Assembly: GCA_965237905.1 (NCBI GenBank)
Contig: OZ250172.1
Coordinates: 128,001 to 192,000 of the forward strand
DNA from: Nitrospinaceae bacterium
GTDB lineage: Bacteria; Nitrospinota; Nitrospinia; Nitrospinales; Nitrospinaceae
Length of the DNA: 64,000 bases
Direction: 5' to 3'
Within the stretch, counting starts at the first letter, position 1. Each line of letters opens with the position of its first letter. This document shows, piece by piece, positions 1-9,885 of this stretch. The position numbers and the translations under genes are program-made. The notes below the pieces were generated by a model. That model was not told where the DNA came from and did not search any database. It saw nothing but the letters and a program-made list of their open reading frames with translations.

Positions 1-1
1 A

Positions 2-1402
2 TTTCAGTCGAAAATCCGCAAGGAAGAGATCATCACCCAGGAATCGGTGTTCGATCCAACCTTGTCGTTGGAAGGAAATGCGTCGCAAGAAAGAAACCTG
101 GTAGCATCGGCCTTTGCTCAGCCTCCTCTTACAATAACAAATTCTCAAAATCTGGACTTGAGTTTCAATCAGAAACTCAAAACCGGTACTGAATACGAAC
201 TTAAATTCAATAATCAGCGAACTGAGACCAACTCTATATTTGCAGGTTTGAATCCGCAATTCACGACACGGTTCGAACTCAACCTGACACAACCTCTACT
301 TAAAAATTTTGGATTGGATGTTAACAAATCCAGCATCTATATCGCTAAGAACAATCTGGATATTTCAGATTTCGATTTTAAAAATAGGGTCATCGAAGTG
401 ATCGCCAACGCTGAAAACGTTTATTGGGACCTGGTATTCAGCAGGGAGGATTTAAAAGTTCAACAAAAATCTGTGGAACGAGCGCAGGACCTTGAACGCC
501 GGGTCAAGGCACAGGTTGAAGTCGGGACTTTGGCTCCTCTGGAAATTCTCCAAGCTAAATCCGAGGTGGCTTCGCGGGAGGAAGCGGTTATCCAGGCCCG
601 GAAACTGATTCAGGATAATGAGGATAACCTGAAAAATATTCTGAACATTGCTTTCGACACTCCTGACGGAAGGAAAGAAATTCAACCTCTCGATTCCCCA
701 AAGTTTCTCGTAGAGGCCCCGGTCTCCCTGAAAGAATCCATCTTATCGGCTTTGAAGAAGAGGCCCGACTATTTGACGAAAAAGAAAGACTTGGACAATA
801 AACATATTCAGGTCAAATTCAATGAGAATCAATTGTATCCCACCCTGGATCTGGTCGCGAGTTTCGGTTTGAACGGGATCAGCGGCGATGCCCAAACAGT
901 CCCAACTACTTCTAGCGTCAATCCCTTTGGAGGCAATTTTGGAAGAAGTCAGGAACGCACCTATTCCGGTGATTTTTCCACCTGGGAAGGCGGATTCCTT
1001 TTCAAATATCCTCTCGGCAATCGTGAGGCCAAAAGCCGCCTTGCTGTCTCACGACTGGAAGCCGCCCAGCTTTTAATGGATATCAAAGACCTTGAGAAAA
1101 CAATCGTGGTAGAGGTCCGGGAAGCCGCACGGCTGATCAATACAAACAAAAAACGTGTGCAGGCGGCCCGCGTTGCACGCAAACTGGCGGAAGAAAAGCT
1201 GAGTGCGGAAGAGAAAAAATTCGAAGTCGGCCTGTCCACCAGTTTTAATGTTCTCGAGTTTCAAACCGATCTGGCAACGGAACAAAGCAAAGAACTGCAA
1301 GCCATTGTCGATTTCAACAAAGCCAAGATCAAGCTCCGAAAAGTGAAGGCAACCACCTTGGAAGAATACAATATTCGAATGGCATCTGATTCCGGCCCAT
1401 GA
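2..1402 (+). CDS. TolC-family outer membrane efflux protein (5' end truncated by the window)
   Basis: Frame is open from base 2. OEP motifs LTQPLL, YPTLDL and EEKKFEVGLST. Its stop overlaps the start of the downstream MFP gene (ATGA). Confidence 0.9.
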   Translation, partial: FQSKIRKEEIITQESVFDPTLSLEGNASQERNLVASAFAQPPLTITNSQNLDLSFNQKLKTGTEYELKFNNQRTETNSIFAGLNPQFTTRFELNLTQPLLKNFGLDVNKSSIYIAKNNLDISDFDFKNRVIEVIANAENVYWDLVFSREDLKVQQKSVERAQDLERRVKAQVEVGTLAPLEILQAKSEVASREEAVIQARKLIQDNEDNLKNILNIAFDTPDGRKEIQPLDSPKFLVEAPVSLKESILSALKKRPDYLTKKKDLDNKHIQVKFNENQLYPTLDLVASFGLNGISGDAQTVPTTSSVNPFGGNFGRSQERTYSGDFSTWEGGFLFKYPLGNREAKSRLAVSRLEAAQLLMDIKDLEKTIVVEVREAARLINTNKKRVQAARVARKLAEEKLSAEEKKFEVGLSTSFNVLEFQTDLATEQSKELQAIVDFNKAKIKLRKVKATTLEEYNIRMASDSGP

Positions 1403-2733
1403 TGAAAAAAATCCTGATCTATTTACTGCTAGGCCTTTTGGGGGCGGGGGTCTTGTGGGCGTTTGCCGGGAAGGAAACACCGATAACCCCCGAACAAATT
1501 CCCTTTAAAACCGCGCAGGTCATTCAGGGCGATCTGCTGGTGAAAATTTCCGCCACCGGTGTGGTCGAGCCTAATTTTCAGGTTGAAGTAAAATCCAAGG
1601 CCAGCGGTGAAGTGCTGAAATTCAAGTACGAAGAAGGCGACCGGATCAAAAAGGGCCAGCTTCTTCTGAAACTGGATAAATCCGATGAGATCCGAAGCGT
1701 TGCCCGCTCCAAAGCCGACCGGGCCAGCGCAATCGCAAAACTCAACAAAGCCAAAACCGCTCTCCTTTCCCAGGAAACTAAATATCAGACCAATCTAAAA
1801 TCCGCTCAATCCCAGGTTCAGGAAGCCGAGGCCAATCTCAAAGAATCCGAGGACAGGCTAAAGCGCCAGGAAGATTTATTTCAGAAAAAATTTGCTTCCC
1901 AGGAAACTTTACAGGAAGCGCAAACCGCTTTTAAGGTAAACCAGGAGAACCTGATCCAGGCTCAGTCGAATTTGCAGGCCGCAAAGGATACGGTTCACGA
2001 TATTCAAGTCAAAAAGCACGAGATTGATTTAGCCCGAGCTGAGGTCCAACGGGCAAAAATCGTGTTGGCCGAAGCCAGGGAGCGACTGGATGAAACGGAA
2101 ATTTTTGCCCCGATCTCAGGAGTGTTGATAGAGAAATTCGTCGAACAGGGACAGATCATTTCTTCCGGCATTTCCAATGTCTCCGGTGGAACCACCCTCG
2201 CTAATCTGGCCGACCTGTCCCGCCTGTTCATCATAGCCGATATCGACGAAACAGATATCGGTTCGGTTCAAGTCGGTCAGCAGGTAAAAATCACCGCAGA
2301 CGCTTATCCGGAAAAAACATTCACTGGTAAGGTAGAACGGATTGCACCCAGAGGACAGGTGGAAGACAGCATCACCATTTTCAAGGTCAAGATCGAAATC
2401 CAGGGCAAAGGCAAGGGCATCTTAAAACCAATGATGACCGCCAACGTTGATATAATAAGCAGAGAGTTAAAAAATGTTTTGTATCTGCCGAGAGAAGCGC
2501 TCAGGGTGGGAAAAAACAAAAAATATGTAGCGATTCTCGTCAACAACGAGCCCAAGGAAGTTCCTGTAACCACTGGGGTGAGAAATCCAATCTACATCCA
2601 GATTCTATCCGGTCTGGAAGTAGATCAAAAAGTCCTGATCGGTGATTGGCAAGCTTTATGGGAAGAGCATCAAAAAGGTGACGATAATATGTCCACCATC
2701 CGTAAAATGTTATTCATTCTTCGTTCAAAGTGA
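1399..2733 (+). CDS. Efflux membrane fusion protein (MacA/HlyD-like periplasmic adaptor)
   Basis: N-terminal TM segment, lipoyl half-motifs (VKSKASGEV, IFAPISGV), long coiled coil, IDETDIG beta-barrel motif. Confidence 0.9.
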   Translation: MMKKILIYLLLGLLGAGVLWAFAGKETPITPEQIPFKTAQVIQGDLLVKISATGVVEPNFQVEVKSKASGEVLKFKYEEGDRIKKGQLLLKLDKSDEIRSVARSKADRASAIAKLNKAKTALLSQETKYQTNLKSAQSQVQEAEANLKESEDRLKRQEDLFQKKFASQETLQEAQTAFKVNQENLIQAQSNLQAAKDTVHDIQVKKHEIDLARAEVQRAKIVLAEARERLDETEIFAPISGVLIEKFVEQGQIISSGISNVSGGTTLANLADLSRLFIIADIDETDIGSVQVGQQVKITADAYPEKTFTGKVERIAPRGQVEDSITIFKVKIEIQGKGKGILKPMMTANVDIISRELKNVLYLPREALRVGKNKKYVAILVNNEPKEVPVTTGVRNPIYIQILSGLEVDQKVLIGDWQALWEEHQKGDDNMSTIRKMLFILRSK

Positions 2734-2740
2734 TAAAACC

Positions 2741-3421
2741 TTGATTCAAGTTGAAAACCTCAGCAAAACGTACGAATTGGGCGGTCAGAAAGTTTCGGCC
2801 CTGAATGGGGTCAGCTTCCGGATCGAAAGGGGAGAGTTTGTCGCCATCATGGGGCAATCAGGAAGTGGCAAGTCCACCTTGATGAACCTGCTGGGATGTC
2901 TGGACCTTCCCTCTTCCGGCACCTACCGTCTGGGCAAAATTGATGTACGCACTCTGAGTTCCGATCAACTGGCCGAAGTCCGCAACCGCCGCATCGGATT
3001 CGTCTTTCAAAGTTTCAATCTTCTGCCTCGTTCTTCGGCACTTGAAAATATCGAACTGCCCTTGCTCTATGGCGGAACCTCCGATCCTCAGTCGAAAGCC
3101 CGGGAAGCCCTGGCCAAAGTGGGGCTTGATGCCCGCGCCCATCACAAACCTAATGAACTTTCCGGGGGCGAGCGTCAGCGGGTCGCCATCGCCCGTGCCA
3201 TCGTCAACAACCCCGCCATCATTCTGGCGGACGAGCCGACCGGCAACCTGGACTCGAAAACGGGAGAGGAAATCATGGGCATTTTTTCCCGGCTCAACCG
3301 GGAAGGAACCACTCTGATTCTGGTTACCCACGAACGACATGTGGCGCAATACGCCCGCCGGGTTATCCAGATGCGGGACGGCCTGATCGTCAGAGATTTT
3401 ATCAAGGAGAAGGTATGTTGA
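2741..3421 (+). CDS. ABC transporter ATP-binding protein (MacB/LolD-type)
   Basis: Walker A GQSGSGKS, signature LSGGERQR, Walker B ILADEPTGNLD. Start placed at TTG 2741, just after the upstream stop (uncertain). Confidence 0.92.
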   Translation: MIQVENLSKTYELGGQKVSALNGVSFRIERGEFVAIMGQSGSGKSTLMNLLGCLDLPSSGTYRLGKIDVRTLSSDQLAEVRNRRIGFVFQSFNLLPRSSALENIELPLLYGGTSDPQSKAREALAKVGLDARAHHKPNELSGGERQRVAIARAIVNNPAIILADEPTGNLDSKTGEEIMGIFSRLNREGTTLILVTHERHVAQYARRVIQMRDGLIVRDFIKEKVC

Positions 3422-4623
3422 TCTGGGGTTTGTTTAAAATCGCACTGCGCAGTCTGCGAGCCAACATGCTCAGGACATTTCTCACGATGCTGGGAATCAT
3501 GATCGGAGTGGCGTCGGTCATCTCCATGATTTCCCTGGGCGAAGGGGCGCGACTGCAAACCCTCAGCACCATCGCTAAATTTGGAACCAATATCATTACC
3601 GTCAAACCCGGCGAGAAAAAGAACCGTCACGTCCGCACCGGCAAAGTTGAGACATTGATGTTGAAAGATGCTTACGCGATTCGGGACTATATCCGCAACA
3701 TCAACGGAGTGGCGGCACAGGTCTATCAAAGCGGCCAGCTGAAACACGGCAACAAGAACAGCAACAGCACAGTCCGCGGTACGAGCGCAGATTATGTATG
3801 GATCGGCAATTTTCAAATGGATGAAGGGCGATTTTTTACCCCGGAAGAAGTTCGTTCTGCCCGAAAAATCTGCGTCTTGGGCGCGACAGTCGTAAAAAAT
3901 ATTTTTGACGGTGATAATCCGGTCGGCAAAACCCTTAAAGTGGATGGAGATAATTATCTTGTGATCGGCACCACCGTTGCCAAAGGTGCATTGACTTGGT
4001 ACGATCCGGACGACCAGATTTTCATACCCGTCACCACTGCTCAAAAGCGTTTGTTCGGATTGAAATATGTGCAGTCGATCGACATTCAGGTCAAAAACAT
4101 GGATGACATCGAAACGATCAAACAGGATATTGAAACGCTGTTACGCAACCGACACAACCTTCGGCAAAGCGAGAAAAGCGATTTTCACGTTCAGAATTCC
4201 GCCGAGTGGTTGAATAGTTGGGGAAAAGCGGCGGAGACTTTTCAATTCCTACTGGGCGGCATCGCCACGATATCCCTTTTGGTGGGGGGTATCGGCATTA
4301 TGAACATCATGCTGGTTTCGGTGACCGAGCGGACCCGCGAAATCGGTATCCGTATCGCCATCGGCGCCAAGAAGCGGGAGATTCGCAAACAATTTTTGAT
4401 TGAGTCGGTGCTGATCAGTTTTCTGGGCGGGAGTCTCGGAATTGGGCTGGGTATGCTTATCTCCCGTGCGGCATCCCAAATAGGCGACTTGGAAACGGTT
4501 GTTTCTCTACAATCGGTCCTGCTGGCATTCGGGTTTTCCGTGGGAATCGGCATCTTTTTCGGCCTGTATCCCGCGACCAAAGCCGCCAACCTCAATCCTA
4601 TTGACGCCCTGAGATACGAATAA
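3415..4623 (+). CDS. ABC transporter permease (MacB/FtsX family)
   Basis: RTFLTMLGIMIGV, GGIGIMNIMLVSVTERTREIGIR and C-terminal PIDALRYE motifs. Confidence 0.93.
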   Translation: MLIWGLFKIALRSLRANMLRTFLTMLGIMIGVASVISMISLGEGARLQTLSTIAKFGTNIITVKPGEKKNRHVRTGKVETLMLKDAYAIRDYIRNINGVAAQVYQSGQLKHGNKNSNSTVRGTSADYVWIGNFQMDEGRFFTPEEVRSARKICVLGATVVKNIFDGDNPVGKTLKVDGDNYLVIGTTVAKGALTWYDPDDQIFIPVTTAQKRLFGLKYVQSIDIQVKNMDDIETIKQDIETLLRNRHNLRQSEKSDFHVQNSAEWLNSWGKAAETFQFLLGGIATISLLVGGIGIMNIMLVSVTERTREIGIRIAIGAKKREIRKQFLIESVLISFLGGSLGIGLGMLISRAASQIGDLETVVSLQSVLLAFGFSVGIGIFFGLYPATKAANLNPIDALRYE

Positions 4624-4644
4624 ATTCCCCCCTTCCCTTCCAAT

Positions 4645-4653
4645 TGCTATAAT
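4645..4653 (+). promoter_or_regulatory. Putative extended -10 promoter element (TGCTATAAT) for the pabB-like gene
   Basis: TGnTATAAT about 45 nt upstream of ATG 4696. Confidence 0.4.
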
Positions 4654-4695
4654 CCCGGATGATCACTCACCCATCCATGAAATTGTGTTGCGGCA

Positions 4696-6186
4696 ATGAA
4701 TTTACATCCGACCCGAGAAAAATTTATTGACCTGAAGAGGAACTTTGACAGAGTTCCTATTCTTGGCGAAAAAAGTGTTCCGCAATTCAATCCATCACAC
4801 TTTTTCCGTTTTATGGTGGGCAGTGCTCCCAACGCTTTTTTGTTTGAAAGTGGAAAAGGCCCGGAGGCGACAGCTCGTTACACCCTGATGGGCCAGTCGA
4901 ATTCCAAAACCCTCCAGGCGAACCACGATGGGATCATCGTTTCCAATAATGGAACGCGCGAGGCGAAGCAGGGGTCGCCCTTATCAATTCTGGATCATCT
5001 TAATTTCGAATCGCACGGAGCCCCTTTCGATTATGTGCCGCATTTCTGGGGAGGATGGGTGGGCATGATCGGTTATGAAATGGCGCAATGGCTCGATACT
5101 ATTTCTCTTCGATCCAAAGACGATCTGAGTCTCCCTTTGCTTCATTTTTTCCAAGTGGACCAGTTGTGGGTTTACGACCATGTAACTCAAGTTTTAAAGT
5201 TGGTCATCTCAAAAAAATGTTTGGGCGACCCCAAAAAACATTATGGTGAAACTGTTCAGGAAATCGAGCGGTACTGGCAACAGGCCGAATCCATTCTGAA
5301 TACTTCTCCAGAACCTGGCAACCAAACCCCACCAGCTCAATCCAATGGAAATGACTCAGGACTCCATTCCAATATTTCCGAAGCCCAGTACATTGCAATG
5401 GTCGAGCGGGCGAAACACTATATCGAGGAAGGAGATATCTACCAGGCCAATCTGTCCCAACGGTTCGAGACGACGTTTGAAGGCGAGGCTTTTGACCTTT
5501 ATGAAAACCTCAGGCAAATCAACCCCTCTCCTTTTTCCGGATATATGAAACTTGAAGATCTGACTCTGGTCAGTTCATCGCCGGAGCGGTTGGTCAAAAT
5601 CGAAGAGGGAATTTTGGAAACGCGGCCCATCGCCGGCACCCGTCCGCGTGGCCGCAATACTGAGGAAGATAAACATCTGGCAACGGAATTGCTTCTCAAT
5701 GAAAAAGAGCAAGCGGAACACCTGATGCTGGTGGACCTGGAGCGCAACGATTTGGGCCGGATTTGCGAATACGGCAGTGTTCAGGTGACGGAGCAAATGT
5801 TTGTCGAGCAATATTCCCACGTCAGCCATATTGTTTCCAATATCCGGGGAACTCTGAAACCGGGCGTCACCTTCAAGGAAATATTGCAAGCCGTTTTTCC
5901 GGGTGGGACCATCACCGGTTGCCCGAAAATCCGGTGCATGGAAATCATCGATGAACTGGAGCCCGTGGCGCGGGGACCCTATTCCGGAAGTTTCGGTTAC
6001 ATCGGATTTGCCGACATCCTCGACTTCAATATTATCATCCGGACGATATTATTAAAGGATGATAAAGCTTATTTTCATGTGGGTGCAGGCATTGTCGCCG
6101 ATTCCATTCCCGAAAAGGAGTACCAGGAAACTCTCGACAAGGCCGCAGCCATGATTGATGTCCTGACAGGAAAGCAGGATTCCTGA
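4696..6186 (+). CDS. pabB: Chorismate-binding enzyme, anthranilate/aminodeoxychorismate synthase component I (probably ADC synthase)
   Basis: GDIYQANLSQR, SSPERL, EHLMLVDLERNDLGR, FPGGTITGCPK and GAGIVADS motifs. Translationally coupled to a class IV aminotransferase (PabC-like). Confidence 0.75.
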   Translation: MNLHPTREKFIDLKRNFDRVPILGEKSVPQFNPSHFFRFMVGSAPNAFLFESGKGPEATARYTLMGQSNSKTLQANHDGIIVSNNGTREAKQGSPLSILDHLNFESHGAPFDYVPHFWGGWVGMIGYEMAQWLDTISLRSKDDLSLPLLHFFQVDQLWVYDHVTQVLKLVISKKCLGDPKKHYGETVQEIERYWQQAESILNTSPEPGNQTPPAQSNGNDSGLHSNISEAQYIAMVERAKHYIEEGDIYQANLSQRFETTFEGEAFDLYENLRQINPSPFSGYMKLEDLTLVSSSPERLVKIEEGILETRPIAGTRPRGRNTEEDKHLATELLLNEKEQAEHLMLVDLERNDLGRICEYGSVQVTEQMFVEQYSHVSHIVSNIRGTLKPGVTFKEILQAVFPGGTITGCPKIRCMEIIDELEPVARGPYSGSFGYIGFADILDFNIIIRTILLKDDKAYFHVGAGIVADSIPEKEYQETLDKAAAMIDVLTGKQDS

Positions 6187-7055
6187 TGGCGCCCATCGTC
6201 TATTTGAATGGAAAGTTCGTTCCTCTGGCGGATGCCAAGGTCTCCATCCTGGATCGTGGCTTCTGTTACGGCGATGCCCTGTTTGAAACCATGCGGGTTT
6301 ATTCGGGAAAGATATTCCGCCTGGACCTGCATCTCGACCGGTTGGAGCGCGGCGCTGACCGTATTTTTCTAAAGCTTCCCGAATCGCGGGAACGCATCCA
6401 GGAAATTCTTTATGAAACCTTTAACAGGAATCAAGGGGCGGACGCGGTCATTCGCCTGACCCTTACCCGAGGGGAAGGCGTTTTAGGGAAATTGTGGCAG
6501 GCCGACACCTCTCCTACCCTGTCCGTCTATGTGCGACCCTACTGTGGCCCGCCGGACGAGTGGTATCAAAACGGTGTCCCGATTTCGCTTATCCCCAATT
6601 CCGCCGCCAAACTGGGAGGCTTGCAGGAACAGATCAAATCGGCAAACTATTTAAGCCAGATTCTGGCGCGGAAGCAGGCAGAGGATCAAAATTCGGTGGA
6701 TGGGATCATGATCAACGAACAAGGCGAAGTCTGTGACGGCACGATATCCAATATATTCGCGGTGAAGGAAGGCGTATTATCCACTCCAGCGGTTAATGGC
6801 TATGTGCTTGCGGGAGTGACGCGGCAGGTGGTTTTGAAGCTGGCCACCGAAACGGGAACCGTCTGTAGAGAAAGACCCCTGACTGCCGAGGATATCCTGC
6901 AGGGGGACGAGCTATTTCTGACCAATACCGGGTGGGAAATCCTTCCCGTTACCCGCGTCGACGGAAAAACCGTCGGCTCTGGCCAGCCCGGCCCTCTGAC
7001 CCAGGCCCTGAGCCGGGAATTCCGGAAATGCGTTGATGCAGAAATTGGAAAATGA
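6186..7055 (+). CDS. pabC: PLP-dependent class IV aminotransferase, probably 4-amino-4-deoxychorismate lyase
   Basis: DRGFCYGDALFETMR, KSANY (catalytic Lys), LAGVTR. Start overlaps the pabB stop (TGATG). Confidence 0.7.
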   Translation: MAPIVYLNGKFVPLADAKVSILDRGFCYGDALFETMRVYSGKIFRLDLHLDRLERGADRIFLKLPESRERIQEILYETFNRNQGADAVIRLTLTRGEGVLGKLWQADTSPTLSVYVRPYCGPPDEWYQNGVPISLIPNSAAKLGGLQEQIKSANYLSQILARKQAEDQNSVDGIMINEQGEVCDGTISNIFAVKEGVLSTPAVNGYVLAGVTRQVVLKLATETGTVCRERPLTAEDILQGDELFLTNTGWEILPVTRVDGKTVGSGQPGPLTQALSREFRKCVDAEIGK

Positions 7056-7104
7056 TAAGCTTCGCCCTTAACTTTTTAACTCGTTTAGCGGACGGAAAAC
7101 TATA

Positions 7105-7536
7105 ATGGAAGCATCTGATAATTTCGCGGACAATCCGAACGGAGTCATCTCGGACAAGCAGGCCAACCTGGAATGGTTACCCAAGGATTCCTACGGCGAC
7201 CTCGGCCGCTGGCTGAATTTTCAGGAGGCGGTGTCCTACCGCGGTACCATGGTCAGCGTGTATGCTGGCGGGCACAACGACTGGCGTTTGCCGACCCAGG
7301 AAGAGGCGTTGGGTTTATTCAATGAGGACTTGACTCAACTGGACTGGGAAGGGGAAGAAGTCCATATCCATCCCCTCTTTGTCATCAAATGCGGTCGTCA
7401 CATCTGGACCAGCGAGGAAAACGATGAAAACCAGGCGGCGGTCGTCAACCTGCAGGATGGGTCCAACGAGTTTATGGATAAAGAAAGCAGGGACAATTTA
7501 GCGGTACGCCTGGTGCGCACGGTTCCCTCAAAGTAA
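7105..7536 (+). CDS. DUF1566 (Lcl C-terminal-like) domain protein
   Basis: DNxxGVISDxxxxLEW, GGHNDWRLPT..E and C-terminal VRLVR pattern typical of DUF1566. Confidence 0.75.
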   Translation: MEASDNFADNPNGVISDKQANLEWLPKDSYGDLGRWLNFQEAVSYRGTMVSVYAGGHNDWRLPTQEEALGLFNEDLTQLDWEGEEVHIHPLFVIKCGRHIWTSEENDENQAAVVNLQDGSNEFMDKESRDNLAVRLVRTVPSK

Positions 7537-7541
7537 AATCC

Positions 7542-7934
7542 TTAACTGGAAAATCCGGCCCGTTGCCAAAACACGTCGCGGCTCATACTTTGCATATTGC
7601 CTTCAGCATATTCTTCATCCTTGAAGATTTTTTCTGCTACTCCCTCGTCTTCATAAGTTATGACCTTTACATCCGCATGTTTGGTTTTTTTGAAGCCGTT
7701 AAACAAGGATGCGGGATGGGTGGCTTGCAGGTCCAGAGGGAACCGCCGGGCGATTCGAATGTTCTGATCTATTCCGTGTAAATCCACACAAAAAAAATTT
7801 CCCTCCAGCCAGTATTCGATGGATTGCTCTTCTTCCTGGCCCGGAACAAACACCTTTTCATCCACTTTAACCGCAAAAACGGTTCCGGCCTGACCGCGTA
7901 TCCATACTTTTCCAGTATCTTTGATTTCCGGCAT
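7542..7934 (-). CDS. Hypothetical protein
   Basis: 130-aa ATG ORF with an upstream GGTGGA RBS-like motif, filling the intergenic space. No recognisable motif. Confidence 0.7.
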   Translation of the reverse strand: MPEIKDTGKVWIRGQAGTVFAVKVDEKVFVPGQEEEQSIEYWLEGNFFCVDLHGIDQNIRIARRFPLDLQATHPASLFNGFKKTKHADVKVITYEDEGVAEKIFKDEEYAEGNMQSMSRDVFWQRAGFSS

Positions 7935-7966
7935 GATTGAGTTTCCACCTTAATGGCATATGACTT

Positions 7967-7995
7967 TTGACAAGAAAACGCTTTTATACCATAAT
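7967..7995 (+). promoter_or_regulatory. Sigma70-type promoter for the bio operon
   Basis: TTGACA-17 nt-CATAAT upstream of bioF. Confidence 0.55.
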
Positions 7996-8026
7996 TTTTC
8001 AATCATCCATTTAATAGAGCCGACCC

Positions 8027-9169
8027 TTGACCCATCCTCTGGAATCACGACTTCAAAACGAGTTGAATCAAAGACAGGCGACGGGACTTCTCCGGACTCT
8101 GGAAGTTCTGGATGCCTGCACGACCAACCTGATCAGCAACGATTATTTCCAATTGCGTTCGCATCCCGAGGTCATTGAAGGCGCCAAAACCGCACTGGAA
8201 CGCTATGGCGCCAGCAGTAGTGCCTCTCCCCTGCTTTCGGGATTTTTGCCCTGCCATGAACACCTGATCGGGCAACTGAAGTCCTGGAAGCAAAAATCGG
8301 CAGGCCTTCTATTCAACACCGGGTTTATGGCCAATCAAGCCCTGCTGACGCATCTGCCCGGTCCCAGGGATTTGATACTTGCCGACCGCCTGATTCATCA
8401 CTCCATTGCCCAGACCCTTGGGAAAAATGACAACCGCTTCAAACGTTACCATCATCTGGATTTGGATCATCTGGAAGAATTGCTCGATCGGCATAGCAAA
8501 GAATATGAAACGATATTCGTGGTCACCGAAAGTGTATTCAGCATGGATGGAGATTACCCCGACCTCCCGCGACTAGCCGCCCTCAAGCAAAAATATCCCT
8601 TCATTTGGATATTGGATGAAGCTCACGGCACCGGAGTATTTGGCCCGACCGGTGGCGGACTGGCCGAAGAACAAGGCGTGCTCTCGGAGGTCGATATTCT
8701 CGTAGGCACTCTGGGAAAAGCGCTGGCGAGTATGGGAGCCTATGTGTTAACGAATTCAAAAACTATTATCGATTACCTGGTCAACTTTTCCGGAGAGTTG
8801 ATTTACTCCACCTATTTGGGCCCTCCCCAGGTGGGAGCGGCCGAGGCCGCGCTGAAAATCATTCAAAAATCACAGGCCACCGCCCGCAACATCCGTAACA
8901 CAGCTAATCGGTTTAGACAGCAATTGGAGAACCACGGCTGGCAAACACATACCTTTGACTCACAGATCGTTCCGGTGATTTTAGGTAATCCCAACGATGC
9001 GCTTGAATTGCGCAACAAATTACTGGAACATGGCATACTGGCAGGAGCGGTGCGGCCACCTACGGTTCCGCAAAATTCCTCTCGTCTGCGGTTTTCATTT
9101 CACGCGGGAGTGGGAGAGGAGACGGTGGACGAAATTATCACACTATTGAATTCATGGAAACAAAGATGA
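8027..9169 (+). CDS. bioF: 8-amino-7-oxononanoate synthase
   Basis: SNDY, TESVFSMDGD, LDEAHGTG, GTLGKA (PLP Lys), VRPPTVP. Clustered with bioC. Confidence 0.92.
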   Translation: MTHPLESRLQNELNQRQATGLLRTLEVLDACTTNLISNDYFQLRSHPEVIEGAKTALERYGASSSASPLLSGFLPCHEHLIGQLKSWKQKSAGLLFNTGFMANQALLTHLPGPRDLILADRLIHHSIAQTLGKNDNRFKRYHHLDLDHLEELLDRHSKEYETIFVVTESVFSMDGDYPDLPRLAALKQKYPFIWILDEAHGTGVFGPTGGGLAEEQGVLSEVDILVGTLGKALASMGAYVLTNSKTIIDYLVNFSGELIYSTYLGPPQVGAAEAALKIIQKSQATARNIRNTANRFRQQLENHGWQTHTFDSQIVPVILGNPNDALELRNKLLEHGILAGAVRPPTVPQNSSRLRFSFHAGVGEETVDEIITLLNSWKQR

Positions 9170-9876
9170 AGATAACCGCCATCTGTGGCTGGGCACTTCC
9201 CGAAGAGTGGTTCCGCCAGTTGGTGAGCAGTTATTTCCCAGAAGCCGAGGTCCGCGCCTGTTACCCGAAGAATCCTGAAAATAAAAAGGAAGCCATTGAG
9301 GTATTTGATTCCAAACCGGATTGGGTCATCGGCTATTCCCTGGGCAGTCTCTGGCTTCTGGTCCACAAAAATAATATTCCGCCTCAAACAAAGGTCGCTT
9401 TAATGGCTCCCATTCTGGCCTTTCCGGCAGAGAAAAACCTAGGCGGAAAGACACCTTTCGGAAAATTGAAATATCAGAAAAAAATGCTGAGTTCTTCCGA
9501 AGATTATTTAACCTCCCTCAAAGGATTTTTTGATTTGAGCGAAATTCGTCTGCCTGAAAACGATCTCCAACAACCCTACCGCAGGGAGATTTTGATTCGA
9601 GGCCTCGATTTTCTGGAAACCGTCAGCGTTTCTCCTCAAACAGCCAAGGATTGCGTCGCCATTGCGGGATTGCGGGATCCACTGCTTGACGGAAACCAAT
9701 TGAAAGAGCTCATCCCACATTTGACTTTGGTGGAAGAGTGCGGTCACTCTCCGCACAAACTGCTCTCTCATTTGGCACAGCACCACGATGGACCCGGTGA
9801 GCCCTCAGCTCAACCCACTGAACCTGTCGTTCCGCTTACCCCGTTTCCGAAAAGGCGGTCGACAGACCTCGCCTGA
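9166..9876 (+). CDS. Alpha/beta hydrolase, putative pimeloyl-ACP methyl ester esterase (BioH functional equivalent)
   Basis: CGWA oxyanion-loop-like motif, GYSLG nucleophile elbow, RDPLL Asp and GHSP His. Lies between bioF and bioC with an ATGA overlap. Confidence 0.65.
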   Translation: MKITAICGWALPEEWFRQLVSSYFPEAEVRACYPKNPENKKEAIEVFDSKPDWVIGYSLGSLWLLVHKNNIPPQTKVALMAPILAFPAEKNLGGKTPFGKLKYQKKMLSSSEDYLTSLKGFFDLSEIRLPENDLQQPYRREILIRGLDFLETVSVSPQTAKDCVAIAGLRDPLLDGNQLKELIPHLTLVEECGHSPHKLLSHLAQHHDGPGEPSAQPTEPVVPLTPFPKRRSTDLA

Positions 9877-9885
9877 TTTATAACC

